Below are positions 7,785 through 17,082 of a DNA stretch of 64,000 bases, piece by piece. A model generated the notes under the pieces. The model searched no databases. It was not told where the DNA came from and was given only the letters and a program-made list of their open reading frames with translations. A program made the position numbers and the translations under genes. How positions within the stretch are numbered: position 1 is the stretch's first letter; every line of letters begins with the position of its first letter. This stretch comes from Desulfosoma sp. (GTDB taxonomy: Bacteria; Desulfobacterota; Syntrophobacteria; Syntrophobacterales; DSM-9756), in NCBI GenBank assembly GCA_037481835.1, contig JBBFKW010000014.1, positions 1-64,000 on the forward strand, written 5' to 3'.

Positions 7785-10340
7785 TCATGCAGTTCGCTGA
7801 CGATAGAGTGCAATGGTCAACGGCAACCTCCAATCGTAGAGATTGGAATGCTCCGTGGTGAAACGAAGCTGGTCGTCCAAACCAAGATGCGTAAGCCACG
7901 CGAGCAAGATTTGCTGCTTGGCTTTGGCGTCCTGAGCCCTGATGTTCCTGGACAGATGGTAAGCCAGATGTGCCCTCCAGTTGGCTTTCCGCAAATCACC
8001 ATTCTCCATGAAAGCCTCAGCGTCCTTGATGATGTCGAACAGCTTGTGCAGGAAACCGGTGCTCACCAGGGCGCTTTCCACCAGTTGTTCATGGATCCAC
8101 TGGGCATCCTGGAGGCGTTGCGCATACCGATCCCAGGGAATCGGCCTTGGCAGGATGGCGCACACCTTGTTACGTCCCTCCTCCTTGGCCGTTTCCAGGA
8201 AAGACTCCGCTTCCCACACGCCGCGATTCACCGGGTAGTTGGGCTTGATGAGGGTCAAGCCCGCCGACAGAGTGATGCTGGGATTTCGGCCCGTATATTC
8301 CCGGAACGTCTCGTAAATCCTGTGAGTCAATGCCATGGTTTGCCGCCAGGGGCCGATCATCAAAAGATCGTCCCCGCCCGCATAGACGGTGTAGGTGTCG
8401 GGAAACTCGCGGTGAAGCAGCCCCTTGAGATAACCCGTGAAGTAGAGGTCCAACATTCGGGAAAGCTGGGCCACCCGGGATATGGAAAGCCTGTCCTTTG
8501 CCTCGTCTTTGCGGCGAAAACCCGAACTGAAGATAAACCCCAGGTAATCCACGTCCGCCTTCAGCAGCCCGAGATATCTCCGCCCCATGAGCCGGCCGTC
8601 GGGGTCCAGTTCCAAGCTCAAGGCGGCAATATGCTGGAACGTCTTGACACCCAACCGTTCCGCTGAGCCGTCTTCTTCCTCTTCTAGCCTCTCGAACCTC
8701 GGGTCTTTCAATTCCCCCGAATTTTTGAAGACCGGCACGTGATTGGCCAGGGTCCTGCGGCACCAGGGAATTTCGCCGGGGTCTCCGACGATCTTCTGCA
8801 CGGACAAAAAAGGAACGGCGTTTTCCTCGTCCGGGCCGTCACTTGAGACGGCCAAATCCAGATCCAGGATTCGGAAAGGCTGCAAGGACTTGGGAAGTCC
8901 ACGCCCCCACGCCACGTATTTTCCCTGGACCAGCTTCCGGCCTATTTGAAACTCCATGTGACAGGTGGGGCACCTCCACACAAGGTCTTCTTCCACCACG
9001 GCGGGTCGAACTCCGCAGGCGCTGCAGGCCCTATCTTCGGGATATTCCCGTTTCAGCACGCCGTGGGGCACAGTGGCCAAGGGGCGAAATTTGGCCTCCT
9101 CGATCTTAACGGCCAACTCATGAAAGATTCGGTTCAAATTCCAGGGCTTGAAATCTTCGGCCGCAAACGGATCGGACAGCGCCAAGTTAAGGGCCAGGGA
9201 GCCCGTGTACTTGTCCAACAGCCATGCGTCGATCTCGCGCCGGAGCTCATCCACCTTGGATTCCAGATCCGGGACGTCGGCAACCAGAGCCAAGAAACGT
9301 CCGCCCGCTTTTTGAAGGACGCAGCAGTAGGGGAGATCCAGCGCTTCCAATACCCGTAGAGCGCCCGCTTCAACCAACGCGCCCATGGCGAAGGACCTGG
9401 CCCGCAAGATCTTGTTGACGCCCCGGACTCCCTGTGCCTGAAGGGTAAAGAGAGTTTTCTGAATCCCCGACAGGTCGCCGCTCAAGAATCGAAACTTCTT
9501 TTCCTTTTCATCGCGAATGGCCCTCTCGTCATTCAGGTTTCCTCGGATTTCGTGAAACCTGTAAAGGCATGCGGCGATGGCTGCCGTGGTTCTTGAATGA
9601 TCGTAGAGAGAAATGTCGGGACAATCGATGGTGCTGGACGGCACGGCCCAGAAGTACCGCTCCAGCAGTCCCAGTATCATCTCCTCCAAGAGCCGAAAGG
9701 AAATGCGACGGGGATACAGGAGAGCCGTTCTTTTGAAATCTTCCTTGAAGCCCAGGCAGACGTCCCGGTACCGCTGGGGCAAATCGTCCATCAAGCCATT
9801 GGGAGTCCACGGGATCGGAAGCAGCGCCGTATCGTCTTCGGGATCCAGCGGAACAAGGCGATAGGCGTGACGGGTCGGCTTGTCCAAATTCTTTTCACCG
9901 AGCACCACTTCATCAAAAATGCAGCTGAGCGGTGTTTTCTTATAGGCATCGCGGGTGCTGTCGGAACCGCCACCCTCCTCTGCCTCATCCGGCCTGCGAT
10001 CCATTCCTGCGGATAACCGATCGGCAACGGCACACAACCAGGAAGCCGCCGGCTCGGGTGAAGAGTCGGGTCTATGGTGATAACTGGCTATATTGTCCAC
10101 GTGTTGGAGATTCAAAGAACCGCCGAAAGTCAGTCCCTCTTTTTCCATCCAATCCATAAAGGCGCTTGTGAAAAGAACATGCTTGTGCGAATAGCGCCCC
10201 CTGCAGCTGGGGCACAAGGTGGACTCCAGGTTTAGGTCCACTCCGCAGGCCTCCCTGATGGACGTAAAGCCTCTTTGAAGCGGTTTTCCCACATCGTGCA
10301 GCAACGCCCCAACAACCACTTCTTTCATGGAATAGGCCAT
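7785..10340 (-). CDS. cas10: Cas10/Csm1 with HD nuclease and cyclase palm domains
   Basis: LLHDVGK HD motif, ISLYDH, GDLSGIQ, CSAC..CPTC zinc finger, KADVD and YAGGDD. Confidence 0.97.
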   Translation of the reverse strand: MAYSMKEVVVGALLHDVGKPLQRGFTSIREACGVDLNLESTLCPSCRGRYSHKHVLFTSAFMDWMEKEGLTFGGSLNLQHVDNIASYHHRPDSSPEPAASWLCAVADRLSAGMDRRPDEAEEGGGSDSTRDAYKKTPLSCIFDEVVLGEKNLDKPTRHAYRLVPLDPEDDTALLPIPWTPNGLMDDLPQRYRDVCLGFKEDFKRTALLYPRRISFRLLEEMILGLLERYFWAVPSSTIDCPDISLYDHSRTTAAIAACLYRFHEIRGNLNDERAIRDEKEKKFRFLSGDLSGIQKTLFTLQAQGVRGVNKILRARSFAMGALVEAGALRVLEALDLPYCCVLQKAGGRFLALVADVPDLESKVDELRREIDAWLLDKYTGSLALNLALSDPFAAEDFKPWNLNRIFHELAVKIEEAKFRPLATVPHGVLKREYPEDRACSACGVRPAVVEEDLVWRCPTCHMEFQIGRKLVQGKYVAWGRGLPKSLQPFRILDLDLAVSSDGPDEENAVPFLSVQKIVGDPGEIPWCRRTLANHVPVFKNSGELKDPRFERLEEEEDGSAERLGVKTFQHIAALSLELDPDGRLMGRRYLGLLKADVDYLGFIFSSGFRRKDEAKDRLSISRVAQLSRMLDLYFTGYLKGLLHREFPDTYTVYAGGDDLLMIGPWRQTMALTHRIYETFREYTGRNPSITLSAGLTLIKPNYPVNRGVWEAESFLETAKEEGRNKVCAILPRPIPWDRYAQRLQDAQWIHEQLVESALVSTGFLHKLFDIIKDAEAFMENGDLRKANWRAHLAYHLSRNIRAQDAKAKQQILLAWLTHLGLDDQLRFTTEHSNLYDWRLPLTIALYRQRTA

Positions 10341-10373
10341 CGGATCCTCCCACTCTCACGGCCGTCTGATTGA

Positions 10374-11423
10374 TCATAATTCGCCCAGATCGGGCAGATC
10401 GTAGGTGCCGAGACCGAACGTGGTATTTTTCCCTACCCCGAGCCAGGAACCCAACAGAAGGGCCGGGACGAAATCCTCCAGGGGTCCCCTGAAGCAGATT
10501 TCTCCCACCAGCCCTCCCAGCTTCATGCGGCGGTCTTGTCTCTTCGAATAGCGTTCCCAGTCGTGCCAGTGCAGGCTGGACCAAACCGTCATCACCTGTT
10601 CGATCCTCTCTTTCCAGGGCCCCCAGTCCACAAAAGCCGGGCCCTCGCAATGGAAATGGAGGAGGTTTTCCAGGCGCCTCAAGGTGGTTCGAAAGAGCAC
10701 TGCGAAGGACAGCTCCCGGCACAGGGACCCGTTGCTCTGAATTCTCAAGGGACTAAGAAGCCGCAGGCGAAGTTGCCGACCGCCTCGATATTCGGCACCG
10801 ATGGCGAGGGCCTCCTGAACCCCCAAGACCATGGGGGCTTCTTTGGCATCCAGGTCCGGGTAAAGGGTTTGAACCGGATCGCCCCTCCCGTCCAGCACGA
10901 CGATCCCGATGAGATCAAATCGACCGCGCCCCTTGCCGACTCCCAACCGCCCCATGATCTGAAAGGCATGGATAAAGGACGGCAACCACCGGATGGCCCG
11001 GCCCGTCAGCGTGACCCTGAAAGAAAAGATTTGACCTCTTTCAAGAAGCTCCTCACCGCCCACTTGAAGTTGAAAGTTGAAGGGATGGGGCGCATCCCGA
11101 TAGCGCCCCGCCTTGACGAAACAGTGATCCGGCTCCGTATTGAACAGGTACATGTAGACGCACTTGGAGCGAAGCCCGCATTCTTGGCAGTCATTCCTGG
11201 GAAGAAGACAAAGGGCCTTTTTGAGTGCCAGCCCGAAAACCCCCCGGAGAGAACTCCCGCGGTAATGGGGCAATTGCACTGTCTCCAGAGCTCTGACCTC
11301 GACCAAGAGCCTCACACACCTCAGTCTGGCGAACTGTTCGTATACTGCCAGGGTTTCCCTCCAGCCCTCTGACCCGCCCACCCCCGGGCTCTCCGCGATT
11401 TTTCTCGCCTCATGCAGCCTCAT
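10374..11423 (-). CDS. cas6: CRISPR endoribonuclease Cas6
   Basis: GSSLRGVFG, Cys cluster, C-terminal GVGKNTTFGLG loop; upstream of cas10. Confidence 0.92.
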   Translation of the reverse strand: MRLHEARKIAESPGVGGSEGWRETLAVYEQFARLRCVRLLVEVRALETVQLPHYRGSSLRGVFGLALKKALCLLPRNDCQECGLRSKCVYMYLFNTEPDHCFVKAGRYRDAPHPFNFQLQVGGEELLERGQIFSFRVTLTGRAIRWLPSFIHAFQIMGRLGVGKGRGRFDLIGIVVLDGRGDPVQTLYPDLDAKEAPMVLGVQEALAIGAEYRGGRQLRLRLLSPLRIQSNGSLCRELSFAVLFRTTLRRLENLLHFHCEGPAFVDWGPWKERIEQVMTVWSSLHWHDWERYSKRQDRRMKLGGLVGEICFRGPLEDFVPALLLGSWLGVGKNTTFGLGTYDLPDLGEL

Positions 11424-11843
11424 ACCTACGACCTTTTCCCCCAGGTCCCGTCACAAAGTTTTCCCCTCGCAAGGTGCGGGCACCGAGAACCCCCATGCGC
11501 CAGGTGCTCATCTGCAATGGAAACCATCGAGTCATAGGCGCCCTCATAGGTAGGGGAACCTCCCTCGTTCGGTAGAGAAGGCGCGTGACCTCATTTTTTT
11601 GTCGCTTGTTCACCCTTTCTTACGGCACCCCTGGTCGGATTTTCAAAAGAACGGAATGTGAACTTTTTCTCGTACCGTCAACCGCATTGTCAAGCGCTAT
11701 CGCATTCGCGTATTGGGTCTTTAAAATCTGGGCTCTCCGTGCTGTAGTTACCAGGAGAGACGAAGGGCCGTCAGCACCCTGTATGGAGAGAAAGGAGCCC
11801 CGATATGCGCCAGGGTCATAAGGGCCCCTGGACAAGGTTGTCC

Positions 11844-12195
11844 ATGCCGCAAAGGTGCCTTCAGGAGGTCATCGCCACTCCCGGCTATAAAGCTGTCTTG
11901 GGGTCGCTGGCCTCACATCCTTACAATCGCGATGAGATGTTGACGACCATCTGGTGGCTCTTTGCGCCAACACGCCGCGGCGGAAACTGGCCCGCCTACC
12001 ATCTGGGGAAATTCATCTTCTTCCTTGGCACATCGCACTCAGAGCTGTTCGTCGGCCTGCATGTGGAAAAAGGTATCGGACAAGAACTGGCGGAAGCCTA
12101 TGGCACCCGAGTGGGCCGCACCCTCCGGTTGGACAAAACCTGGCTCTGGCACCGATTTCTCAAGCACCTTGGAGACGGCACTGTGGCGCACGCTA
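11844..12195 (+). pseudogene. Truncated hypothetical gene fragment
   Basis: Protein-like segment (PYNRD..WWLFAP..WPAYHLGK..GLHVEKG) that degenerates into non-protein-like sequence near 12195. Confidence 0.45.
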
Positions 12196-12635
12196 GGGGA
12201 GTTTCACCATCTCAAGGGCTTTTCGTCCCCGTTCCCCTGGGAAACCGCCCGGCGTCTTACCAACCTCTTCGATCCTCCCGCGGTGGTGGAAATTGGACCG
12301 GATGGCGCGCTCATAGGCGGGGAGGCTCCAGTACGGCGCCCGGTGCAGGAAGCCCTGGTGCATCGAACCCGCCGGGGCGACTTGGTGCGTTCCAAGTCCG
12401 AAGTCATCATCGCCGATCTGCTCTACAGCAAGAACATCCCCTACCGGTACGAACAGCCCCTGTGGGACGCGGCGGGCAACGTGCGCTACCCGGACTTCAC
12501 CATCGAGGACGCCGAAACGGGCCTGGTGATCTACTGGGAGCACCTGGGCATGCTGTTCGATCCGGACTATCGCGCCCGCTGGGAGCGCAAGAAGGCGTGG
12601 TATGAAGCCCAGGGAATACGGCCGTGGGAAGGAGT
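12195..12635 (+). pseudogene. C-terminal fragment of a RecD-like helicase/PD-(D/E)XK nuclease
   Basis: ETARRLTNLF..VRSKSEVIIAD..YEQPL..YPDFTI..YWEHLGM..W.RK..WY motifs; no credible start codon; no helicase core. Confidence 0.6.
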
Positions 12636-12640
12636 GATTC

Positions 12641-13705
12641 ATGGCCCGAGAAATCCTCTGCACTGTGGGAACGTCCCTGCTGACCAACCGGGATGACCGG
12701 CCCTGGGGCGGCTGGAGCCCTCGGGACGGTCGGCCCCTGCCTGAACCGGACCTCGTGGACGATTGGCTCCAGAGCGCCGATCTCCGCACCGCCAGCGCCG
12801 AGACGAACACCTTGAGCCGGCTGGACATTGTGGAAACCGATGTCTTGGCCTTCCTCCATTCCGAAACGGAGGAAGGAAAGTTCTGTGCAGAGCGACTAAA
12901 AAGCTTCTATGGGACAAGGGCATGGAAAGTCGATTTGGAAAAGATCAGCCGGCTCGGTTATGGGGCCTACACATTCACCGCGGGCCTCAAGGCCCTGGTG
13001 GACGTCACCATTCGTAGAGTGCACAAAGCCTACGAGGCGGGCCGTCATGTGCTTTTTTTCGCCACCGGGGGCTTCAAGGCGGAAATCGCCTTTCTAAACC
13101 TTGTGGGAGCCCTGCTGGGAATCGAAGTCGTCTACATCCATGAATTGCACCATGAGTTGGTTCGCCTGCCGCGCTTGCCCCTGAGCTGGGATCCGGAATT
13201 CGTGGAACAGCACAAGGATTTCTTCAACTGGATCGACGAGGAACCCAGAAAGAGCACTGAGGTGGAATCCTGGCTGCAGGCACGGCCCGATCTGCGATCC
13301 CTCGTGGAAGACGCCGATGACGGATACACCTACCTCTCCGCGGCGGGAGATCTTCTCTTCAAGGTGGCCAGGGAGCGGATCGCCATGGGGCCGCGGGTCA
13401 CCTGGCCGAAGGCCGATCCTAGGCCTCCCGCTGCAAAAAACCAAGTGTCGACTGTCGAACATCATCGTCCTCCAGGCTGGGAACACTATGTGGCTCGACT
13501 CTGCGCCATCGACTGCGTCACCGCCGTCCGTTACGACCCGCGCGCTCGATCAGGGTCGCGCGTGAAAGTCCTGGACCCGCAAAACGGCGTCGTGGGGGCG
13601 ACTTATGGCGATACAGAAAACTGTTTGCCGCTGCGCATAGAAACAACGGCACGTGGCGCTCGGCAGACGGAAATGGTGGCGGAACACATCCGAGGCTTGA
13701 AATGA
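12641..13705 (+). CDS. CRISPR-associated CARF protein (APE2256 family) with uncharacterised C-terminal domain
   Basis: ILCTVGTSLL, HSETEEG..CAE, ATGGFKAE, VYIHE..LP.LP motifs; AAGGAG RBS; additional ~170 aa C-terminal region. Confidence 0.85.
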   Translation: MAREILCTVGTSLLTNRDDRPWGGWSPRDGRPLPEPDLVDDWLQSADLRTASAETNTLSRLDIVETDVLAFLHSETEEGKFCAERLKSFYGTRAWKVDLEKISRLGYGAYTFTAGLKALVDVTIRRVHKAYEAGRHVLFFATGGFKAEIAFLNLVGALLGIEVVYIHELHHELVRLPRLPLSWDPEFVEQHKDFFNWIDEEPRKSTEVESWLQARPDLRSLVEDADDGYTYLSAAGDLLFKVARERIAMGPRVTWPKADPRPPAAKNQVSTVEHHRPPGWEHYVARLCAIDCVTAVRYDPRARSGSRVKVLDPQNGVVGATYGDTENCLPLRIETTARGARQTEMVAEHIRGLK

Positions 13706-14010
13706 GCCATCCTTCGGCCCCGCCGTAGCCAGTGAGACCCGACTCGGCCTTTTTCCCGCGCACAAAGTCCGCGTGGTTTCGTCTTGAATTTCGCACCCCC
13801 GATTTTTGAAAAAAGCGAGCTTCGCGCCGTATTCGTCGCCAAGAGGGGATCATCGCCTTGCACACAAAAGGCTTGGTCCCTTCGAAGGAAAAACACAAAG
13901 AGCGGCGAGCCGAGGCCGGGAGCCGTTCGCGGCGCAAAGGCATGATCGTGCGGGGAAGGTCACACCCGTGGGCATGAGCCGCCGAGCGGTCGCCGGGAGG
14001 AGGTGCGAAC

Positions 14011-14430
14011 ATGAGAGGGTGGTTCAACGGCATGCAACGCATGAGGGAGATCATTTTGGATCCTTCCGTAACCATTCTTGCATGCCGTTTCGGAGACATC
14101 GCCGTGACGGTGGAAACGGAGGATCATGAAAAGATGGAGCGGCTGTGCCTTGGTATCGTGGGCGTAAGAGTTTCCAATCTTCTTATTCTGTCCCGTCCCG
14201 AGGCCCAATCCCAGTGCGAGGAAATGCGTGTTTGCAACCCCTACCCATGGGAAAGAATTCCGGTGCCGGAAAGAGAGGTGGAAGTCTTTTATTTGGGCGG
14301 TGACGATCCCTCCAATCATGGAATTCGGCTCCGCTATAAGACGATCCGGGTATGGGACATCCTTTTTGAAGTCATTTTCGAGGAGACGGGCTACGGAGAA
14401 TTCATGCGCTGTCTGTTTTTCGGGCCCTGA
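14011..14430 (+). CDS. Hypothetical protein
   Basis: Strong GGAGGAGGT RBS; protein-like composition; no recognised motif. Confidence 0.6.
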   Translation: MRGWFNGMQRMREIILDPSVTILACRFGDIAVTVETEDHEKMERLCLGIVGVRVSNLLILSRPEAQSQCEEMRVCNPYPWERIPVPEREVEVFYLGGDDPSNHGIRLRYKTIRVWDILFEVIFEETGYGEFMRCLFFGP

Positions 14431-14468
14431 GGGGCGGCGGAGGGCTCCAGTGCGGGAAGGGCTGCCTA

Positions 14469-14588
14469 AGAGCTTGTCCGAGAATGAACCCGAAGGCCTC
14501 TTCTCCTGGGAGCGCGGGCCTCCGGCCCGCACGAGAAGCGGGCGAGACGCCCGCGCTCCCAGGAATATGCCATTCTCGGACAAGCTCC
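14469..14588. mobile_element. 120-bp MITE-like element, copy 1
   Basis: Perfect 17-bp inverted repeat GAGCTTGTCCGAGAATG (14470-14486 / 14571-14587); TA on both flanks; internal GC-rich hairpin; inverted second copy at 58341-58460. Confidence 0.8.
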
Positions 14589-14846
14589 TAGGCGAAGAAA
14601 TGGACTGAAAGGACCTTCGCCGTGCCATATGGGGTGTGCCCGAACCCGTTTCCGCGGCCGCTTTCATCTTGCTTTTCGAAAACCGTCCGGACGTTTTGGA
14701 ATGGATGATGTACGGCCGTGAGGCTCGCCGGCCCAATGGGCTCCATTTGGAAGTTCGCTGTTCCGCTGCTCATCGGAAGCCGCCATCGGGAAATGGAGTC
14801 GCCTGGAGAGAATGTAAATCTCGCCGGGCAGATCTTGGACAAAGGC
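14589..14846 (+). pseudogene. Decayed remnant of a second cad1-like deaminase gene
   Basis: Translates to GEEMD*KDLRRAIWGVPEPVSAAAFILLFE..LHLEVRCS and (frameshift) LLIGSRHRE, collinear with Cad1 segments encoded at ~2821-3306. Confidence 0.85.
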
Positions 14847-14885
14847 GGCCTTCGCCCGAGCCCCGGTGCGCCGCGGAGAGTTTCG

Positions 14886-15821
14886 TCAAAATTCATAGGA
14901 CCAGAAAGCGGCTATCCCTTTGTGCGCCAGATAGGCCTCCACGTTGGGGTGGAAGTCGTGGGCCACGAAGAGGCAGAAAGGATTGCGGATCACACCGGAT
15001 CGCTCCAGGCGGTCCACAGCCTTGAGGAAGCGGTCCACTTCGGTGCGTGAGGGCCTCACCTTGCATTCCCCAACAATGGTCACGGGCTGCCCGTCCCGTT
15101 CCCCATCGCCGTAAATATTGACTTGGAAGCCTTCCAGATAGCAGCGACGCAAAGGCCCGTTGACCGTGACGCCGCGGGCGGCCAAAAGAGTCGGCAGGGC
15201 TTTGTAGGCCGCATTTTCCAGCGTGTAGCCGACCGAGTTGGAGACGCCCTCAAGACGCTCGTTGGTGCGCTTGAGGGTTTCTTCCGTCCGCCTTTGAGCG
15301 GCGGCGAGTTCTTCGAGGCGCTCTTCGGTGCATTTCTGAGCGACGGCGAGCTCCTCGACCCGCAGGGTGAGGGCCTCCAGTCGGTCTTCTGTGCGTTTTT
15401 GAGCGGCGGCCAGTTCTTCGAGGCGCTCTTCGGTTCGTTTTTGGGCGGCGGCGAGCTCCTCGACCCGCAGGGTGAGGGCCTCCAGTCGGTCTTCGGTGCG
15501 TTTCTGAGCGGCGGCCAGTTCTTCGAGGCGTTCTTCGGTGCGTTTTTGGGCGGCGGCGAGCTCTTCGACCCGCAGGGTGAGGGCCTCCAGTCGGTCTTCT
15601 GTGCGTTTCTGGGCGGCGGCGAGTTCTTCGAGGCGTTCCTCGGTGCGTTTTTGGGCCGTGGCCAATTCGGAGACCACAGCCTTGAGTTCAGCGAATTCCG
15701 TCTTCGTGACGGTCTGCTGCAAGTCCCCATAGATTTGGCGAAGGGTCTTCACAAGGGTCCGCGCCTGGGTTTCCCCCATGGTCTGAACAAATTCTTCATA
15801 AACTTGATAAAAATCAATCAT
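14886..15821 (-). CDS. Heptad-repeat coiled-coil protein with C-terminal PD-(D/E)XK-like domain (DUF3782-like)
   Basis: Repeated [14 protein letters not shown] heptads; C-terminal VNIYG..IVGECK. Confidence 0.8.
   Translation of the reverse strand: MIDFYQVYEEFVQTMGETQARTLVKTLRQIYGDLQQTVTKTEFAELKAVVSELATAQKRTEERLEELAAAQKRTEDRLEALTLRVEELAAAQKRTEERLEELAAAQKRTEDRLEALTLRVEELAAAQKRTEERLEELAAAQKRTEDRLEALTLRVEELAVAQKCTEERLEELAAAQRRTEETLKRTNERLEGVSNSVGYTLENAAYKALPTLLAARGVTVNGPLRRCYLEGFQVNIYGDGERDGQPVTIVGECKVRPSRTEVDRFLKAVDRLERSGVIRNPFCLFVAHDFHPNVEAYLAHKGIAAFWSYEF
15290..15670 (-). repeat. Intragenic ~105-bp (35-aa) tandem repeat, about 3.5 copies
   Basis: [35 protein letters not shown] units, near-identical at the DNA level. 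Confidence 0.9.
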
Positions 15822-16170
15822 CGACCCTTAATACCCCCTTGGGCGGGACGTTGCCCCGGTGGACGCCTTCCCGGCCTTTTCCCCTGCCCGTGTTATTTAT
15901 CATCCCCCCCATTGCAAATCAATCGTCTTGCCGTCACGGCCCCTCTCCAAAATTTAGGCGAAAACGCGCCGCCCTTGACACCCCGCGACGAAACGCGGAT
16001 TTTAGGGACTCGCCGAGGACATGGCCGGCGCCCGTTCGAACGGGGCTGAAACCGATGGGGTGCGGCGTCAAGGCAAGCATAGAGGCGGGCTCACCCGTTT
16101 CACGCCTCGCCATGGGGCCCGCTTTCCCGGGATGCGCCCCCGGAAAAGACAACCGCGCGAGAGAAGACCT

Positions 16171-17082
16171 GTGGATGCTGTGGTGCATGTGGAGAACCTG
16201 GTCAAGCGGTTTCGGGATGTGACGGCGGTGGACGGCATGTCCTTCGCTGTGGGGCGCGGGGAGTTCTTCGGGCTGCTTGGGCCCAACGGCGCCGGAAAAA
16301 GCACGACGATCCGCATGCTCTACGGATTTTCCCCACCCAGCGCCGGATCGGTGCGCGTCTTCGGGCTGGACATCCGCACCCACTGGCGGACCATCAAGGC
16401 CCGCATCGGGGTCTGCCACCAGGAAAACACCCTGGATCCGGACCTCACCGTGGAGGAGAACCTGTGGGTTTTTGCGGGCTACTTCGGCCTTCCCCTGGCG
16501 GTGGCCAAGGATCGGGCTTCGGAACTCCTGGATTTTTTCGCCCTGTCCCACAAGAGGCGCTCCAAGGTCGCCGATCTTTCCGGCGGCATGGCCCGCCGGC
16601 TCATCCTGGCCCGCGCCCTCATCAACCGCCCGGAGCTCCTCATCCTGGACGAGCCCACCACGGGGCTGGATCCCCAAAGCCGCCACCTGCTTTGGGACAA
16701 ACTGGAATCCCTTCGCGCCGATGGCATCACGGTGCTCCTGACCACCCACTACATGGAAGAAGCGGCCCGGTTGTGCGATCGGCTGGTGATCATGGATCAC
16801 GGCAAGATCCTCGTGGAAGGGGCTCCGGAGGCCCTCATCGCGCGTCACGCCGGAGCCCATGTGCTGGAAATCGGCGGGCCGAGCCGGGAACTCCGGGATT
16901 ATGTGCGCACGGAGGGCTTGAGTCACGACGACCTGGGCGATCGCTTGATCCTCTATGTGCCGGAAGGATCCCCCCTTACGGAAACCCTGCGCACGCGCTT
17001 TTGCATGGAGCGGTGCACGTGGCGGCGGAGCACCCTGGAAGACGTGTTCCTGCGGCTTACGGGAAGGGAGCTTCGAGAATGA
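16171..17082 (+). CDS. ABC transporter ATP-binding protein (NodI-like)
   Basis: GPNGAGKST, LSGGM, ILDEPT; GTG start assumed. Confidence 0.9.
   Translation: MDAVVHVENLVKRFRDVTAVDGMSFAVGRGEFFGLLGPNGAGKSTTIRMLYGFSPPSAGSVRVFGLDIRTHWRTIKARIGVCHQENTLDPDLTVEENLWVFAGYFGLPLAVAKDRASELLDFFALSHKRRSKVADLSGGMARRLILARALINRPELLILDEPTTGLDPQSRHLLWDKLESLRADGITVLLTTHYMEEAARLCDRLVIMDHGKILVEGAPEALIARHAGAHVLEIGGPSRELRDYVRTEGLSHDDLGDRLILYVPEGSPLTETLRTRFCMERCTWRRSTLEDVFLRLTGRELRE

Noticed and set aside
13706..14010. Possible orphan leader or ncRNA downstream of the CARF gene
   Set aside because: No repeat copy or convincing structure found by eye.
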